A stretch of 32,000 nucleotides of DNA from Tannockella kyphosi. Its GTDB lineage: Bacteria > Bacillota_I > Bacilli_A > Erysipelotrichales > Coprobacillaceae. Numbering within the stretch: position 1 is the stretch's first letter; each line of letters starts with the position of its first letter. Below are positions 1 through 10,059 of this stretch, one piece after another. The notes below the pieces were generated by a model. That model saw nothing but the letters and a program-made list of their open reading frames with translations. It did not search any database and had not been told where the DNA came from. The translations under genes and the position numbers were made by a program. The DNA lies in NCBI RefSeq assembly GCF_021054785.1, contig NZ_CP088239.1, positions 1,410,001 through 1,442,000 of the forward strand, written 5' to 3'.

Positions 1-272
1 ATTTCAATAATAAACTCTGCATCTATTAAATGATTATCTGAAGTTATTTTTTTAAGTAGCTTGTTGATAGCATACTTATGATTTATTGCTTCATGTATTT
101 CTTTTGCTCGTGCATTGTGGATAGTACAATGATTGTTATCGAATAATAAAGCATACGTTTCAGCAAAACTCAAAGTATTTCCTTCTATCGCATTACTATG
201 ATAAGTGCTTCGTGAAATAAAATCTTCAAAATAATCCTTAGATATTCCTAACAAGTGATTCACATCTAACAT
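1..272 (-). CDS. Fic/DOC-family protein, N-terminal fragment (gene runs off the window start)
   Basis: Absent from the ORF track because no stop lies in the window. The reverse complement from ATG 270-272 reads MLDVNHLLGISKDYFEDFISRSTYHSNAIEGNTLSFAETYALLFDNNH... An AGGAAG RBS (rc of 278-283) sits 5 nt upstream. SNAIEG fits the (S/T)xxxE(G/N) inhibitory-helix motif found N-terminal to Fic cores. Confidence 0.55.
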   Translation of the reverse strand, partial: MLDVNHLLGISKDYFEDFISRSTYHSNAIEGNTLSFAETYALLFDNNHCTIHNARAKEIHEAINHKYAINKLLKKITSDNHLIDAEFIIE

Positions 273-350
273 AATATCTTCCTTTTTATAGTCCTTTCTT
301 TTTTAAAGTATACTTACATTATACATTGTATTACGCTTAAATAAACCCTA

Positions 351-377
351 TTTAAAAAAGATAGGATCACCTATCTT
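351..377 (-). terminator. Rho-independent terminator of the ABC exporter operon, overlapping its stop codon
   Basis: GATAGG/CCTATC stem (360-365 / 370-375) with loop atca. The loop contains most of the TGA stop (367-369). On the minus strand the stem is followed by a run of six U (rc of 354-359). Confidence 0.5.
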
Positions 378-2181
378 TTAAAATACTCATTGTTTCTTCT
401 TGAAATTGTTTGATATATAAACTAGCATAAGCACCTTGTTTTTCTAATAGTTCTTGATGATTTCCAGACTCTATGATTTTTCCATTATCCACAACCAAAA
501 TCTTATCAGCTTGACGTATCGTTGATAAACGATGCGCTACGATAAAAGATGTTCTAGTTCCTAGTAAGTTAGAAATAGCTTGTTGAATTAATTGTTCCGT
601 TTTTGTATCAATAGAAGCAGTAGCTTCATCTAATACAAATATTTTAGGATTAGAAACAATTGCTCTTGCAAAGGAAATAAGTTGCTTTTGACCTAAAGAT
701 AAGCCATCTCCCCCTTCTCCTACAATCGAATCATACCCTAATTCTAATTCCATAATAAAATCATGAGCATTCACTAATTTTGCTGCTTCTTGGATATCTT
801 TGTCACTAGCTTCTAAGTTTCCATAACGAATATTGTCTTTAATCGTTCCTGAAAACAAGTGTGGTGTTTGTAGTACATATCCTATATTACTATGTAGCCA
901 TAATAAACCTCTTTGACGATAGTCAATACCATCAATCCATATTTCTCCACTTGTCGGTTCAAAGAAACGACAAATAAGATTAACTAATGTTGATTTACCT
1001 GCTCCTGTTTGTCCTACAATTGCAATAGTTTGACCTGCTTTTACTTCTAAATTAAAGTTTTCTAAAACATTCACATTTCCATCTGCATATCTAAATGAAA
1101 CATTTTTAAAATCAATATCTCCATTTATAGGTTCATAATGATGAACTTTAGGATTAAATACTGTTCCATATTTTTCAATCACTTCTTTAGAATCTTGAAT
1201 TTGTTGTTCTATTTCTAACAACTCATTGCATCTTTCTACATTTACTTGCGTTGCAATTAATGTAGAAATAGATTTGGCAAGTTGTTGAACAGGATCCGCA
1301 ATATTCATTGCATAGTTAATAAAGATAGTAAATTCTCCTATAGCAATAACATCAAAAATAACTGCATAACCACCATTTACTAAAACTAAACAAATAGCAA
1401 TAGATGTAAAGAATGATACACATGGAATAAAGACAGCATTTAACATAATAGTACGAACACTACTTTGTTTCATATTATTTGTTACTGTTTTAAATGAAGC
1501 AATATTATCTTGTTCTATCGCTAATGTTTTCGATGTTTTTGCCCCACTAATACCTTCATTTAAAGCTCTTGTTATTTGTGCATTATTTTCTCTTACAACA
1601 CGATTTGCTTTTAATAATCTCATTTGAAAGAAGTAGGTAGTAAATAAAATAATGGGAACAATACATAAAATAAGTAGTGCTAATTGAAAATTAATAATAC
1701 ACATCAATATAATGGAACCAACAATAAAAGCTAAGCTCCATACAATATCAATTAAACACCAAGCAAATACAGTACCAATCTTTCCTGTATCACTCATTAG
1801 TCTTGCAACAATTGTTCCTACTGGTGTTTTATTAAAATAATCAAAACTTAATGATTGTAAATGCTCATACATTGCTTTTCTTAAATCTCTACCAATATAC
1901 ATTTCTACCTTTAAAGCTACTCTCGCCATTAATAAAGTTAGTACTCCTTGTATAAAGATTATAAAAATACATATAATCGCAAACATTCCAATTCCTTCTA
2001 ATTGATTTGGAACAATAAAATAATCAATCACATAACCAGATCCTAATGGAATAATAGCATCAATAAAAGCACATAATAACATTAAAATAGTTAATTGAAT
2101 TATTTTAATGTTATAGGGTTTAATAAAAGGATATAGTTTCTTCCATGTTTGATACATGTTTATTATACGACTATTTTTCAT
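367..2181 (-). CDS. ABC exporter subunit (TMD-NBD half transporter) with consensus Walker B/H-loop and a deviant signature
   Basis: 604-aa ORF with an N-terminal six-helix-type TMD. Walker A is GQTGAGKST, Walker B plus catalytic Glu is IFVLDEAT, and the H-loop is AHRLST. The signature is LSLGQ instead of LSGGQ. It overlaps the upstream partner by 11 nt. Confidence 0.9.
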   Translation of the reverse strand: MKNSRIINMYQTWKKLYPFIKPYNIKIIQLTILMLLCAFIDAIIPLGSGYVIDYFIVPNQLEGIGMFAIICIFIIFIQGVLTLLMARVALKVEMYIGRDLRKAMYEHLQSLSFDYFNKTPVGTIVARLMSDTGKIGTVFAWCLIDIVWSLAFIVGSIILMCIINFQLALLILCIVPIILFTTYFFQMRLLKANRVVRENNAQITRALNEGISGAKTSKTLAIEQDNIASFKTVTNNMKQSSVRTIMLNAVFIPCVSFFTSIAICLVLVNGGYAVIFDVIAIGEFTIFINYAMNIADPVQQLAKSISTLIATQVNVERCNELLEIEQQIQDSKEVIEKYGTVFNPKVHHYEPINGDIDFKNVSFRYADGNVNVLENFNLEVKAGQTIAIVGQTGAGKSTLVNLICRFFEPTSGEIWIDGIDYRQRGLLWLHSNIGYVLQTPHLFSGTIKDNIRYGNLEASDKDIQEAAKLVNAHDFIMELELGYDSIVGEGGDGLSLGQKQLISFARAIVSNPKIFVLDEATASIDTKTEQLIQQAISNLLGTRTSFIVAHRLSTIRQADKILVVDNGKIIESGNHQELLEKQGAYASLYIKQFQEETMSILKDR

Positions 2182-3955
2182 CTTTCATTACCGCCTTTTG
2201 TGTATGATAAACAGTTTGATAAATACCAACAAGTTGGATTAATTCTTGATGATTTCCTATTTGTACTATTTTCCCTTTATCCATAACAATAATCGTATCA
2301 CAATGCATAATAGTTGAAATTCTATTTGCAATAATAATAGTTGTTCCTTTTACATGTTCTTTTAATGCTTTTTGTATCATAGCATCTGTTTCCATATCTA
2401 CAGCACACAGTGAATCATCAAATATCTTAATCGGTGTTTCTTGCATCAACATTCTAGCGATTGCAACACGTTGCTTTTGTCCACCAGATATCGTTACTCC
2501 TCTTTCACCTATTTGAGTTTGATACCCTTCTTTAAATCCTACAATCGTATCATCAATACATGCAAGCTTAGAAAAATATCTTATTTTATCAATATCATTT
2601 TCATCACTTCCATCACCAATATTTTCTTCAAAACTTTTAGAGAACAAAAAAGGCTCCTGTAACACAATTCCAATATTCTTTCTTAACTGATGTAAATCAA
2701 TATCTATGATATTGATTCCATCAATAGAAATAGTTCCTTTTTCTAATTCATATAGATGATCTAATAAATACATTAATGTAGACTTTCCACTACCAGTAAT
2801 ACCTAAAATACCTAAAGAACTTCCTTGTTTTATTTCAAAAGAAACATCATCAATAACTAAGTGGTTTTCATAAGCAAAAGAAACTTGTTCAAAAACAATA
2901 TCTCCATCATGAAAATCTTTTGTAGCACTGCTATCTTCTAAAGGACTATCTAATATTTCAAACAAACGAGTACTACTAATTGTTGTCTTACTTAAGTCTG
3001 ATAAAATTCTTCCTAAATTTCTAGTTGGCCATATTAACATTGAATTATAAGAAACAAACGTTAAAAACTCTCCTGCACTTAAACTTCCATTTACTGCCAA
3101 ATAACATCCAAACAAAACAACAGCTAATGTTTGTAACAAAGAAACAACATCCCCAAATCCCCAATTCAAACCTAATAAATTTCCTAAACTAACCCATAAA
3201 TCTGTAAACTCTTCATGCTTTTCATTAAACTTATCCATTTCATAAGCCTGTCTACCAAAAGCTCTTACAACACGCACACCTGTTAAATTCTCCTGTACTA
3301 TCGCTGTTAATTCCCCTTCACATTCATCTGCTTTTTCAAATTTTTTACCTGTTAAATGATAAAAGATAGAAGAATACGTTAATGTAACTGGAATAAAACA
3401 TAAAACTACTATCGTTAATGTAACATTCATTTGAAACATCATTATACAAGCTACTAAAATTAATGAAACTGTCTTAATTAATTGTTGTAATTGCGAAGAT
3501 AAAAAAGAATAAATCAATTCTACATCCATTGTACATCTTTGAATAATATCTCCTGTTTGATTCTTGGCATGCCAAGAATAAGGAAGATATTGAATATGTT
3601 CAAACAAACTATCACGTATTACTTTTACTACACTCTCACTAGCTTTACCAATACTTGCTCGACTAGTAAAGTCACAAAGATAGGATAGAACACTAAAAAA
3701 AAGAGCAACACATGCTACTAAAATCAAATGTTCTTGTAACCATACTCTACCTCCTATTTGTTCAATCCATTGAACAAATAAATTAGGTAAGTTAAAAGGT
3801 TCATTACCAATTACACTATCTATTACAAAACACATTACTTGAGGTATTAAAAAATAAAATCCAACACTAATAAATGTCATACTTATTGCTAGAAGGAAAT
3901 ATTTACGATAACCTTTGGTATATTTATAAAAATGTAAAATATTCTTTTTCATCAC
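2171..3955 (-). CDS. ABC exporter subunit (TMD-NBD half transporter) with a degenerate nucleotide-binding site
   Basis: 594-aa ORF. Walker A is GITGSGKST and the signature ISGGQKQ is canonical. Walker B reads KIFDDS (Asp replaces the catalytic Glu) and the H-loop reads ANRIST (Asn replaces His). Confidence 0.9.
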   Translation of the reverse strand: MMKKNILHFYKYTKGYRKYFLLAISMTFISVGFYFLIPQVMCFVIDSVIGNEPFNLPNLFVQWIEQIGGRVWLQEHLILVACVALFFSVLSYLCDFTSRASIGKASESVVKVIRDSLFEHIQYLPYSWHAKNQTGDIIQRCTMDVELIYSFLSSQLQQLIKTVSLILVACIMMFQMNVTLTIVVLCFIPVTLTYSSIFYHLTGKKFEKADECEGELTAIVQENLTGVRVVRAFGRQAYEMDKFNEKHEEFTDLWVSLGNLLGLNWGFGDVVSLLQTLAVVLFGCYLAVNGSLSAGEFLTFVSYNSMLIWPTRNLGRILSDLSKTTISSTRLFEILDSPLEDSSATKDFHDGDIVFEQVSFAYENHLVIDDVSFEIKQGSSLGILGITGSGKSTLMYLLDHLYELEKGTISIDGINIIDIDLHQLRKNIGIVLQEPFLFSKSFEENIGDGSDENDIDKIRYFSKLACIDDTIVGFKEGYQTQIGERGVTISGGQKQRVAIARMLMQETPIKIFDDSLCAVDMETDAMIQKALKEHVKGTTIIIANRISTIMHCDTIIVMDKGKIVQIGNHQELIQLVGIYQTVYHTQKAVMKDEK

Positions 3956-4093
3956 TTATCTCCTATATCCTAATGTTATCACAATACACAATGAACACCT
4001 ATTATTTTCTAATTCTAAAACAAAACAAGTTGCAAAAATCAAAATAAATAAAAAAACAAACACTTTGTATAGTGAATGAACATAATATTTTTA

Positions 4094-7000
4094 TTTTTCT
4101 CACATACCTAATAAACACTACTCTAAAACCTGCTATAGCATTATGTCAAACACAAATTCGTTTTATTACCAATCAAAATCACACTACTCTAAAACTTAGT
4201 AATCGCAGGAGAAGCACAACTTTTCGTTTTACTACCATTCAAAATCACACTACTCTAAAACAATCACATTTAAGTCATAGCTTGTTGTTTGGTTTTACTA
4301 CCATTCAAAATCACACTACTCTAAAACAGTGATACAACACAAGCTTCTTATCAAACAGTTTTACTACCATTCAAAATCACACTACTCTAAAACAACTGAA
4401 TAATCAATTCGTAAAATTCTTTTGTTTTACTACCATTCAAAATCACACTACTCTAAAACCAATCGTTAATAGTATAATATCCTTTTGTTGTTTTACTACC
4501 ATTCAAAATCACACTACTCTAAAACAAAGGACACATCACAAAAAGGCTACAAAGAGTTTTACTACCATTCAAAATCACACTACTCTAAAACGCTGACGCT
4601 GACGTTGATATGCACCAAATAGTTTTACTACCATTCAAAATCACACTACTCTAAAACCAGTTGGCACATTTTTACATAGTCCCATACGTTTTACTACCAT
4701 TCAAAATCACACTACTCTAAAACAACCATCTATTTCTTGCTTGCTCTAGCTTTGTTTTACTACCATTCAAAATCACACTACTCTAAAACTATCCTGCTTT
4801 CAGTTATCTGTATTACAAGGTTTTACTACCATTCAAAATCACACTACTCTAAAACATAGTCTTCATCGATTAAATAATCTCTAATGTTTTACTACCATTC
4901 AAAATCACACTACTCTAAAACGATAAAGATACTATTGAAGTGACTAAATTTGTTTTACTACCATTCAAAATCACACTACTCTAAAACCGAAAATCGCTAC
5001 AATGTAGCAAATAATATGTTTTACTACCATTCAAAATCACACTACTCTAAAACGCAGTGCTTCAAGCTCTTCGTTCGGGACCAGTTTTACTACCATTCAA
5101 AATCACACTACTCTAAAACTATTGTTTGATGGCACAAATGAAGGATGCTGTTTTACTACCATTCAAAATCACACTACTCTAAAACTGAGTGGATGTTTTA
5201 TACACCCAACATAGAGTTTTACTACCATTCAAAATCACACTACTCTAAAACTTGATAAGACGTTGCAAATAATCCCATCTCGTTTTACTACCATTCAAAA
5301 TCACACTACTCTAAAACTCCTTATCCGTATCTTTCCAAGAACTCTCTGTTTTACTACCATTCAAAATCACACTACTCTAAAACATATACTAACATTAATA
5401 TATTGCAATTCATGTTTTACTACCATTCAAAATCACACTACTCTAAAACTAAATATTTTTAGAACAAATGGGAAGTTGTGTTTTACTACCATTCAAAATC
5501 ACACTACTCTAAAACTGTCTTTCTTCCCTCTTTCTTTCTTGTTTCGTTTTACTACCATTCAAAATCACACTACTCTAAAACCCACCTGCTAAAATTAACA
5601 GTGCGAAAATGTTTTACTACCATTCAAAATCACACTACTCTAAAACCTAAATCAGCAATACTTATTTCTAACCCTGGTTTTACTACCATTCAAAATCACA
5701 CTACTCTAAAACTTATCCCTTTTGCATTTAAAATAAAAAAAGGTTTTACTACCATTCAAAATCACACTACTCTAAAACCTAATGGGTCTGCTAAATCTCT
5801 AACGGCTTGTTTTACTACCATTCAAAATCACACTACTCTAAAACTGATTATTTTCTATTGTATCTGCATAAAAGTTTTACTACCATTCAAAATCACACTA
5901 CTCTAAAACCTTGAGTATGCAAAAGAACCGAGTACAAGAGTTTTACTACCATTCAAAATCACACTACTCTAAAACTTGCCGATACAATATCAAACAATTC
6001 AGCACGTTTTACTACCATTCAAAATCACACTACTCTAAAACGTGTCTTCCTCGTGTGTACCAAATAAAAAGGTTTTACTACCATTCAAAATCACACTACT
6101 CTAAAACAATCGGGCACCAATCTAGAAGAGGATGAGGGTTTTACTACCATTCAAAATCACACTACTCTAAAACTGTATTTGTCCTTTTTTAAGTTTTTCA
6201 ACGGTTTTACTACCATTCAAAATCACACTACTCTAAAACACTTAGAGTCGTTAAGCGAAACCAACGAAGGTTTTACTACCATTCAAAATCACACTACTCT
6301 AAAACATTTAAGAGCACGGGCAAGGAACACGTAGAGTTTTACTACCATTCAAAATCACACTACTCTAAAACTAGTAATCGTTACAACGTAGCAAATAATA
6401 TGTTTTACTACCATTCAAAATCACACTACTCTAAAACTATTGCGGTTGATACTTCTGCTGAATCTGCGTTTTACTACCATTCAAAATCACACTACTCTAA
6501 AACATTTGTAGAAAGTGGAGCTCGCATAGAAAAGTTTTACTACCATTCAAAATCACACTACTCTAAAACGCGGTAAGTGTGGTACATGCCTAGATAGAAG
6601 TTTTACTACCATTCAAAATCACACTACTCTAAAACACAAAGCCATGTTCTCACGGTATTCTTCAGGTTTTACTACCATTCAAAATCACACTACTCTAAAA
6701 CATTTACATAGATATGGAAGATGCCGACGGAGTTTTACTACCATTCAAAATCACACTACTCTAAAACCTAATTAATACTTGTGTGTCTTCGTCTTGTGTT
6801 TTACTACCATTCAAAATCACACTACTCTAAAACAAAAAGTATATGACTATTAGCGAACTTGTTGTTTTACTACCATTCAAAATCACACTACTCTAAAACT
6901 TGACCATCGACTTGATAAGAACGACCAGGGTTTTACTACCATTCAAAATCACACTACTCTAAAACACTCAAACACAAAACGAAATCCTTCGTAAAGTTTT

Positions 7001-8153
7001 ACTACCATTCAAAATCACACTACTCTAAAACGCATACACATCTTATGGAGATACATATAGAGTTTTACTACCATTCAAAATCACACTACTCTAAAACAAG
7101 TTGGAATCATACTCATCTTTATTTAGTGTTTTACTACCATTCAAAATCACACTACTCTAAAACTGATTCTTCTTTTATAGATGTCCGTTTGAGGTTTTAC
7201 TACCATTCAAAATCACACTACTCTAAAACTTGCCTTGCCACTTCACGTCTCACTTCCCAGTTTTACTACCATTCAAAATCACACTACTCTAAAACAGCCA
7301 GTGAAGTGGGAAATATAAATCTATTGTTTTACTACCATTCAAAATCACACTACTCTAAAACTACACACCACTGGCATAACTACCTAAATATGTTTTACTA
7401 CCATTCAAAATCACACTACTCTAAAACTGATAATCATGTGGATATGGGCAGGTTTAAGTTTTACTACCATTCAAAATCACACTACTCTAAAACTTAAGGG
7501 GTTGCCTTATCTATAAACCTATTGTTTTACTACCATTCAAAATCACACTACTCTAAAACATATCATAGTCGTGATAACCGTAAATAATAGTTTTACTACC
7601 ATTCAAAATCACACTACTCTAAAACTAATTCCTAACGTATAAGTAGTATTAACGAGTTTTACTACCATTCAAAATCACACTACTCTAAAACGTAGGATAT
7701 ACAATATCACTAAACAAATAAGTTTTACTACCATTCAAAATCACACTACTCTAAAACATTGTGCAATATTTTTGATTGTATCTTTCTGTTTTACTACCAT
7801 TCAAAATCACACTACTCTAAAACAACTGAGTTCGGTATAACGTGCTACACCGAGTTTTACTACCATTCAAAATCACACTACTCTAAAACCAGACATACAT
7901 ACTTGCGAGAACAATTAAAGTTTTACTACCATTCAAAATCACACTACTCTAAAACGTGTGATACATTTTAGTGTATCTAAATTCTGTTTTACTACCATTC
8001 AAAATCACACTACTCTAAAACATAAAGTTAATGAGTTATTATTTAGTTTTGGTTTTACTACCATTCAAAATCACACTACTCTAAAACCAACTATACCTTT
8101 CCCCTTTCTCCTTTTTCGTTTTACTACCATTCAAAATCACACTACTCTAAAAC
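4094..8153 (-). CRISPR. Type II-A CRISPR array with 62 repeats (61 intact or near-intact plus one degenerate terminal repeat) and 61 spacers
   Basis: The plus-strand 36-bp repeat gttttactaccattcaaaatcacactactctaaaac recurs with a 66-bp period from 4160 to 8118. Manual parsing gives 59 spacers of 30 nt and two of 29 nt (5582-5610, 5845-5873). Repeat 4160-4195 carries 2 substitutions. Repeat 4094-4129 keeps only the cas-proximal 15 nt. Transcription on the minus strand is inferred from cas operon orientation, repeat decay at the low-coordinate end, and tracrRNA complementarity. Confidence 0.97.
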
Positions 8154-8207
8154 CTCAAATTAATATTTTCCACACTACTAGAAAATAAAGATAAGAGGAT
8201 TCGCATG
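8154..8207 (-). promoter_or_regulatory. CRISPR leader (54 bp between the csn2 stop and the first repeat)
   Basis: Minus-strand sequence is ATGCGAATCCTCTTATCTTTATTTTCTAGTAGTGTGGAAAATATTAATTTGAG, followed directly by GTTTTAGAG. It ends in ATTTGAG abutting the first repeat. A possible promoter is ATGACA (spanning the csn2 stop), an 18-nt spacer, then TATTTT. Confidence 0.7.
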
Positions 8208-8873
8208 TCATAGACAGATAAAATCCATATCTATTCTATAAATATTTGAAAATGTAGTTTTTGAACTACCGTACCTTTCAATAAAAAGAATAGGTAGATT
8301 ATAATAAGAAATTTGTTTGGTTAGTTCATCTATTTGGGAATTATCAAAATAAGATAACACACCTATAAAAACTATAAATTTATACAAACTTAGTTCATTT
8401 ACTACTTCTATTATTGATAAAATTTTTTGAAAGATATCTGTGGAGTCCCCTTGAACTATTTGGAGCTTAACACCTTTTAAATATTCCTTTAAATCCACTT
8501 CTTCATTATACTCTATTTCAATATTACAATCTATATAATGCGTTAATAATAAGTTATTAATCTCATTAAAACACTTTTGTATATTACAGTACTCTGCTAG
8601 ATCTGACTTTATTTCCGTCTCTAAAAATTGATAAAGTTTGTTCAATATTTTTCTGTCGTTTATTTGAAAATTAAATAAGTCCGTAACTAGTAAAATATCT
8701 TTTAGAAGTATTCTCTTGGATCTTTCTAAAAATAAAACTTCATTTGTTCTATCTTGTGATTGGAGTAGCATTGCTATTCTTGAGTATTGTTTTGCATTTT
8801 CAATATAAATAATAGCTGATTTATCATCATTAAAAATAAAATCTTCTTCGTATCCAAAAATTTTAAATATCAT
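8208..8873 (-). CDS. csn2: Csn2 (type II-A signature adaptation protein)
   Basis: 221 aa, the last gene of the cas operon, with an ATGA start/stop overlap with cas2. The segment [26 protein letters not shown] aligns with my recollection of S. pyogenes Csn2 ([26 protein letters not shown]). The size matches the ~220-aa Csn2 class. Confidence 0.8.
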   Translation of the reverse strand: MIFKIFGYEEDFIFNDDKSAIIYIENAKQYSRIAMLLQSQDRTNEVLFLERSKRILLKDILLVTDLFNFQINDRKILNKLYQFLETEIKSDLAEYCNIQKCFNEINNLLLTHYIDCNIEIEYNEEVDLKEYLKGVKLQIVQGDSTDIFQKILSIIEVVNELSLYKFIVFIGVLSYFDNSQIDELTKQISYYNLPILFIERYGSSKTTFSNIYRIDMDFICL

Positions 8874-9190
8874 AGTACTATCAACCTTTCATCTGTGTCC
8901 ACCACTTCTGTCGATTTGAACCCCACAACATATTCCATTTTAGAAAATTGTTTTTCCGTTATCGTTAAAACCTGCACTAGACCATCCGGAGGTTTATTTG
9001 TTTTAATTCTATTAATTTGTGCAGATGCTACTGTATTATTTAATGCTAATTTTATATATACGCTTTCTTGCATCATGATAAAACCATCTTTTATAAGAAA
9101 CTTTCGAAACTTAGTGTATGCTTTAATATCTTGATAACTTAGTGTTGGCAAGTCAAAAAAAACGATAATCCTCATATACCGATAACTCAT
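8870..9190 (-). CDS. cas2: Cas2
   Basis: 106 aa. The N-terminus [16 protein letters not shown]...KFRKFL...[10 protein letters not shown] closely resembles S. pyogenes Cas2 (MSYRYMRMILMFDMPT...). It has an ATGA overlap with the cas1 stop. Confidence 0.95.
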   Translation of the reverse strand: MSYRYMRIIVFFDLPTLSYQDIKAYTKFRKFLIKDGFIMMQESVYIKLALNNTVASAQINRIKTNKPPDGLVQVLTITEKQFSKMEYVVGFKSTEVVDTDERLIVL

Positions 9191-10056
9191 ACAAAATCGT
9201 ATAAAGATAACTGATTCACCTCACCAGTATCTAATGAATTAAATACACTTTTTACGTATATCGATAGTGCGTTACTCACATATTGTTCCTTGCCATCAAT
9301 CAATATTTTTTTATTTAACACACCTATCAATTTCAGCTTAAATCCTCCGTCAAATCGATCAAATCTATTTTCATAAACAATTTCATCTATTAATATTCTA
9401 TATGGTTCCATCAAATCAGAAGAAAGATTAAAATAATTGTATTCATTACAATGTTTTAGCCCAATTTGTGTCAAATAACCACAGGAAACTATCTCTTTAT
9501 TAAAGTTTGATAACAAAATTGAATATCCATAGTTTAAAGCTTTATTTATGGAACTATCATCATCTCTTGTAAAATTTTTACCAAACAAGCTGTTAAAATA
9601 CACCTTTGCCGCATGCCCTTCACGATTTGTTACATCATATAATCTAACACCATCATGGTATTCGTAAATCAGGTTTGCTGTATCTATATCTAATTTAGAC
9701 AGTAGTTTTGCTTGATTAATAATTTTTTGTTTTATTATAGTTGTCCAAACATTCTGGGAAGTGTCAACTTCCCAGTGTATTTGTTTTTGAATTATTTTAC
9801 TTGAATTATATCTGCCATAATATGGTACAAACTCTCCTAAAGGATTTCGCTCATTATCACAAACTACTAACTTTATTTTATTCTTTACCAACTCCACTAA
9901 TAAATAGGTTGTAATAGAAACCATTGTGGAATCTACAATAATTGTATTAATTTCTGAAAGATGAATCATTTCTACTTTTTCATTTCTCACTAACAGGTAG
10001 TTATTCTTATAACTTAATTTGCATTTTCTTGTTATGACTACTGTTCTCCACGTCAT
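9187..10056 (-). CDS. cas1: Cas1
   Basis: 289 aa. [21 protein letters not shown]..., [16 protein letters not shown] and [11 protein letters not shown] all match type II-A Cas1 as I recall it. A GAGG-type RBS lies inside the cas9 3' end, and the start is 3 nt after the cas9 stop. Confidence 0.95.
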   Translation of the reverse strand: MTWRTVVITRKCKLSYKNNYLLVRNEKVEMIHLSEINTIIVDSTMVSITTYLLVELVKNKIKLVVCDNERNPLGEFVPYYGRYNSSKIIQKQIHWEVDTSQNVWTTIIKQKIINQAKLLSKLDIDTANLIYEYHDGVRLYDVTNREGHAAKVYFNSLFGKNFTRDDDSSINKALNYGYSILLSNFNKEIVSCGYLTQIGLKHCNEYNYFNLSSDLMEPYRILIDEIVYENRFDRFDGGFKLKLIGVLNKKILIDGKEQYVSNALSIYVKSVFNSLDTGEVNQLSLYDFV

Positions 10057-10059
10057 ATT

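Noticed and set aside
4014-4021. tctaaaac (the last 8 nt of the plus-strand repeat) in the trailer, considered as an additional decayed repeat.
   Set aside because: It is out of register with the 66-bp period (108 bp from the terminal repeat end) and has no further similarity.
7230-7325. Adjacent spacers 7230-7259 and 7296-7325 share a 9-nt reverse-complementary core (ccacttcac / gtgaagtgg).
   Set aside because: With about 1800 spacer pairs, several 9-mer matches are expected by chance, and the flanks do not extend the match.
4072-8188. Seven plus-strand track ORFs inside the array (4072-4332, 5263-5592, 5478-5906, 5911-6135, 7045-7497, 7759-7971, 7958-8188) with periodic FTTIQNHTTLK or FYYHSKSHYSKT peptides.
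   Set aside because: The periodic peptides are simply translations of the 36-bp CRISPR repeat in two frames. There are no RBSs, and the frames stay open only because repeats and spacers happen to lack stops.
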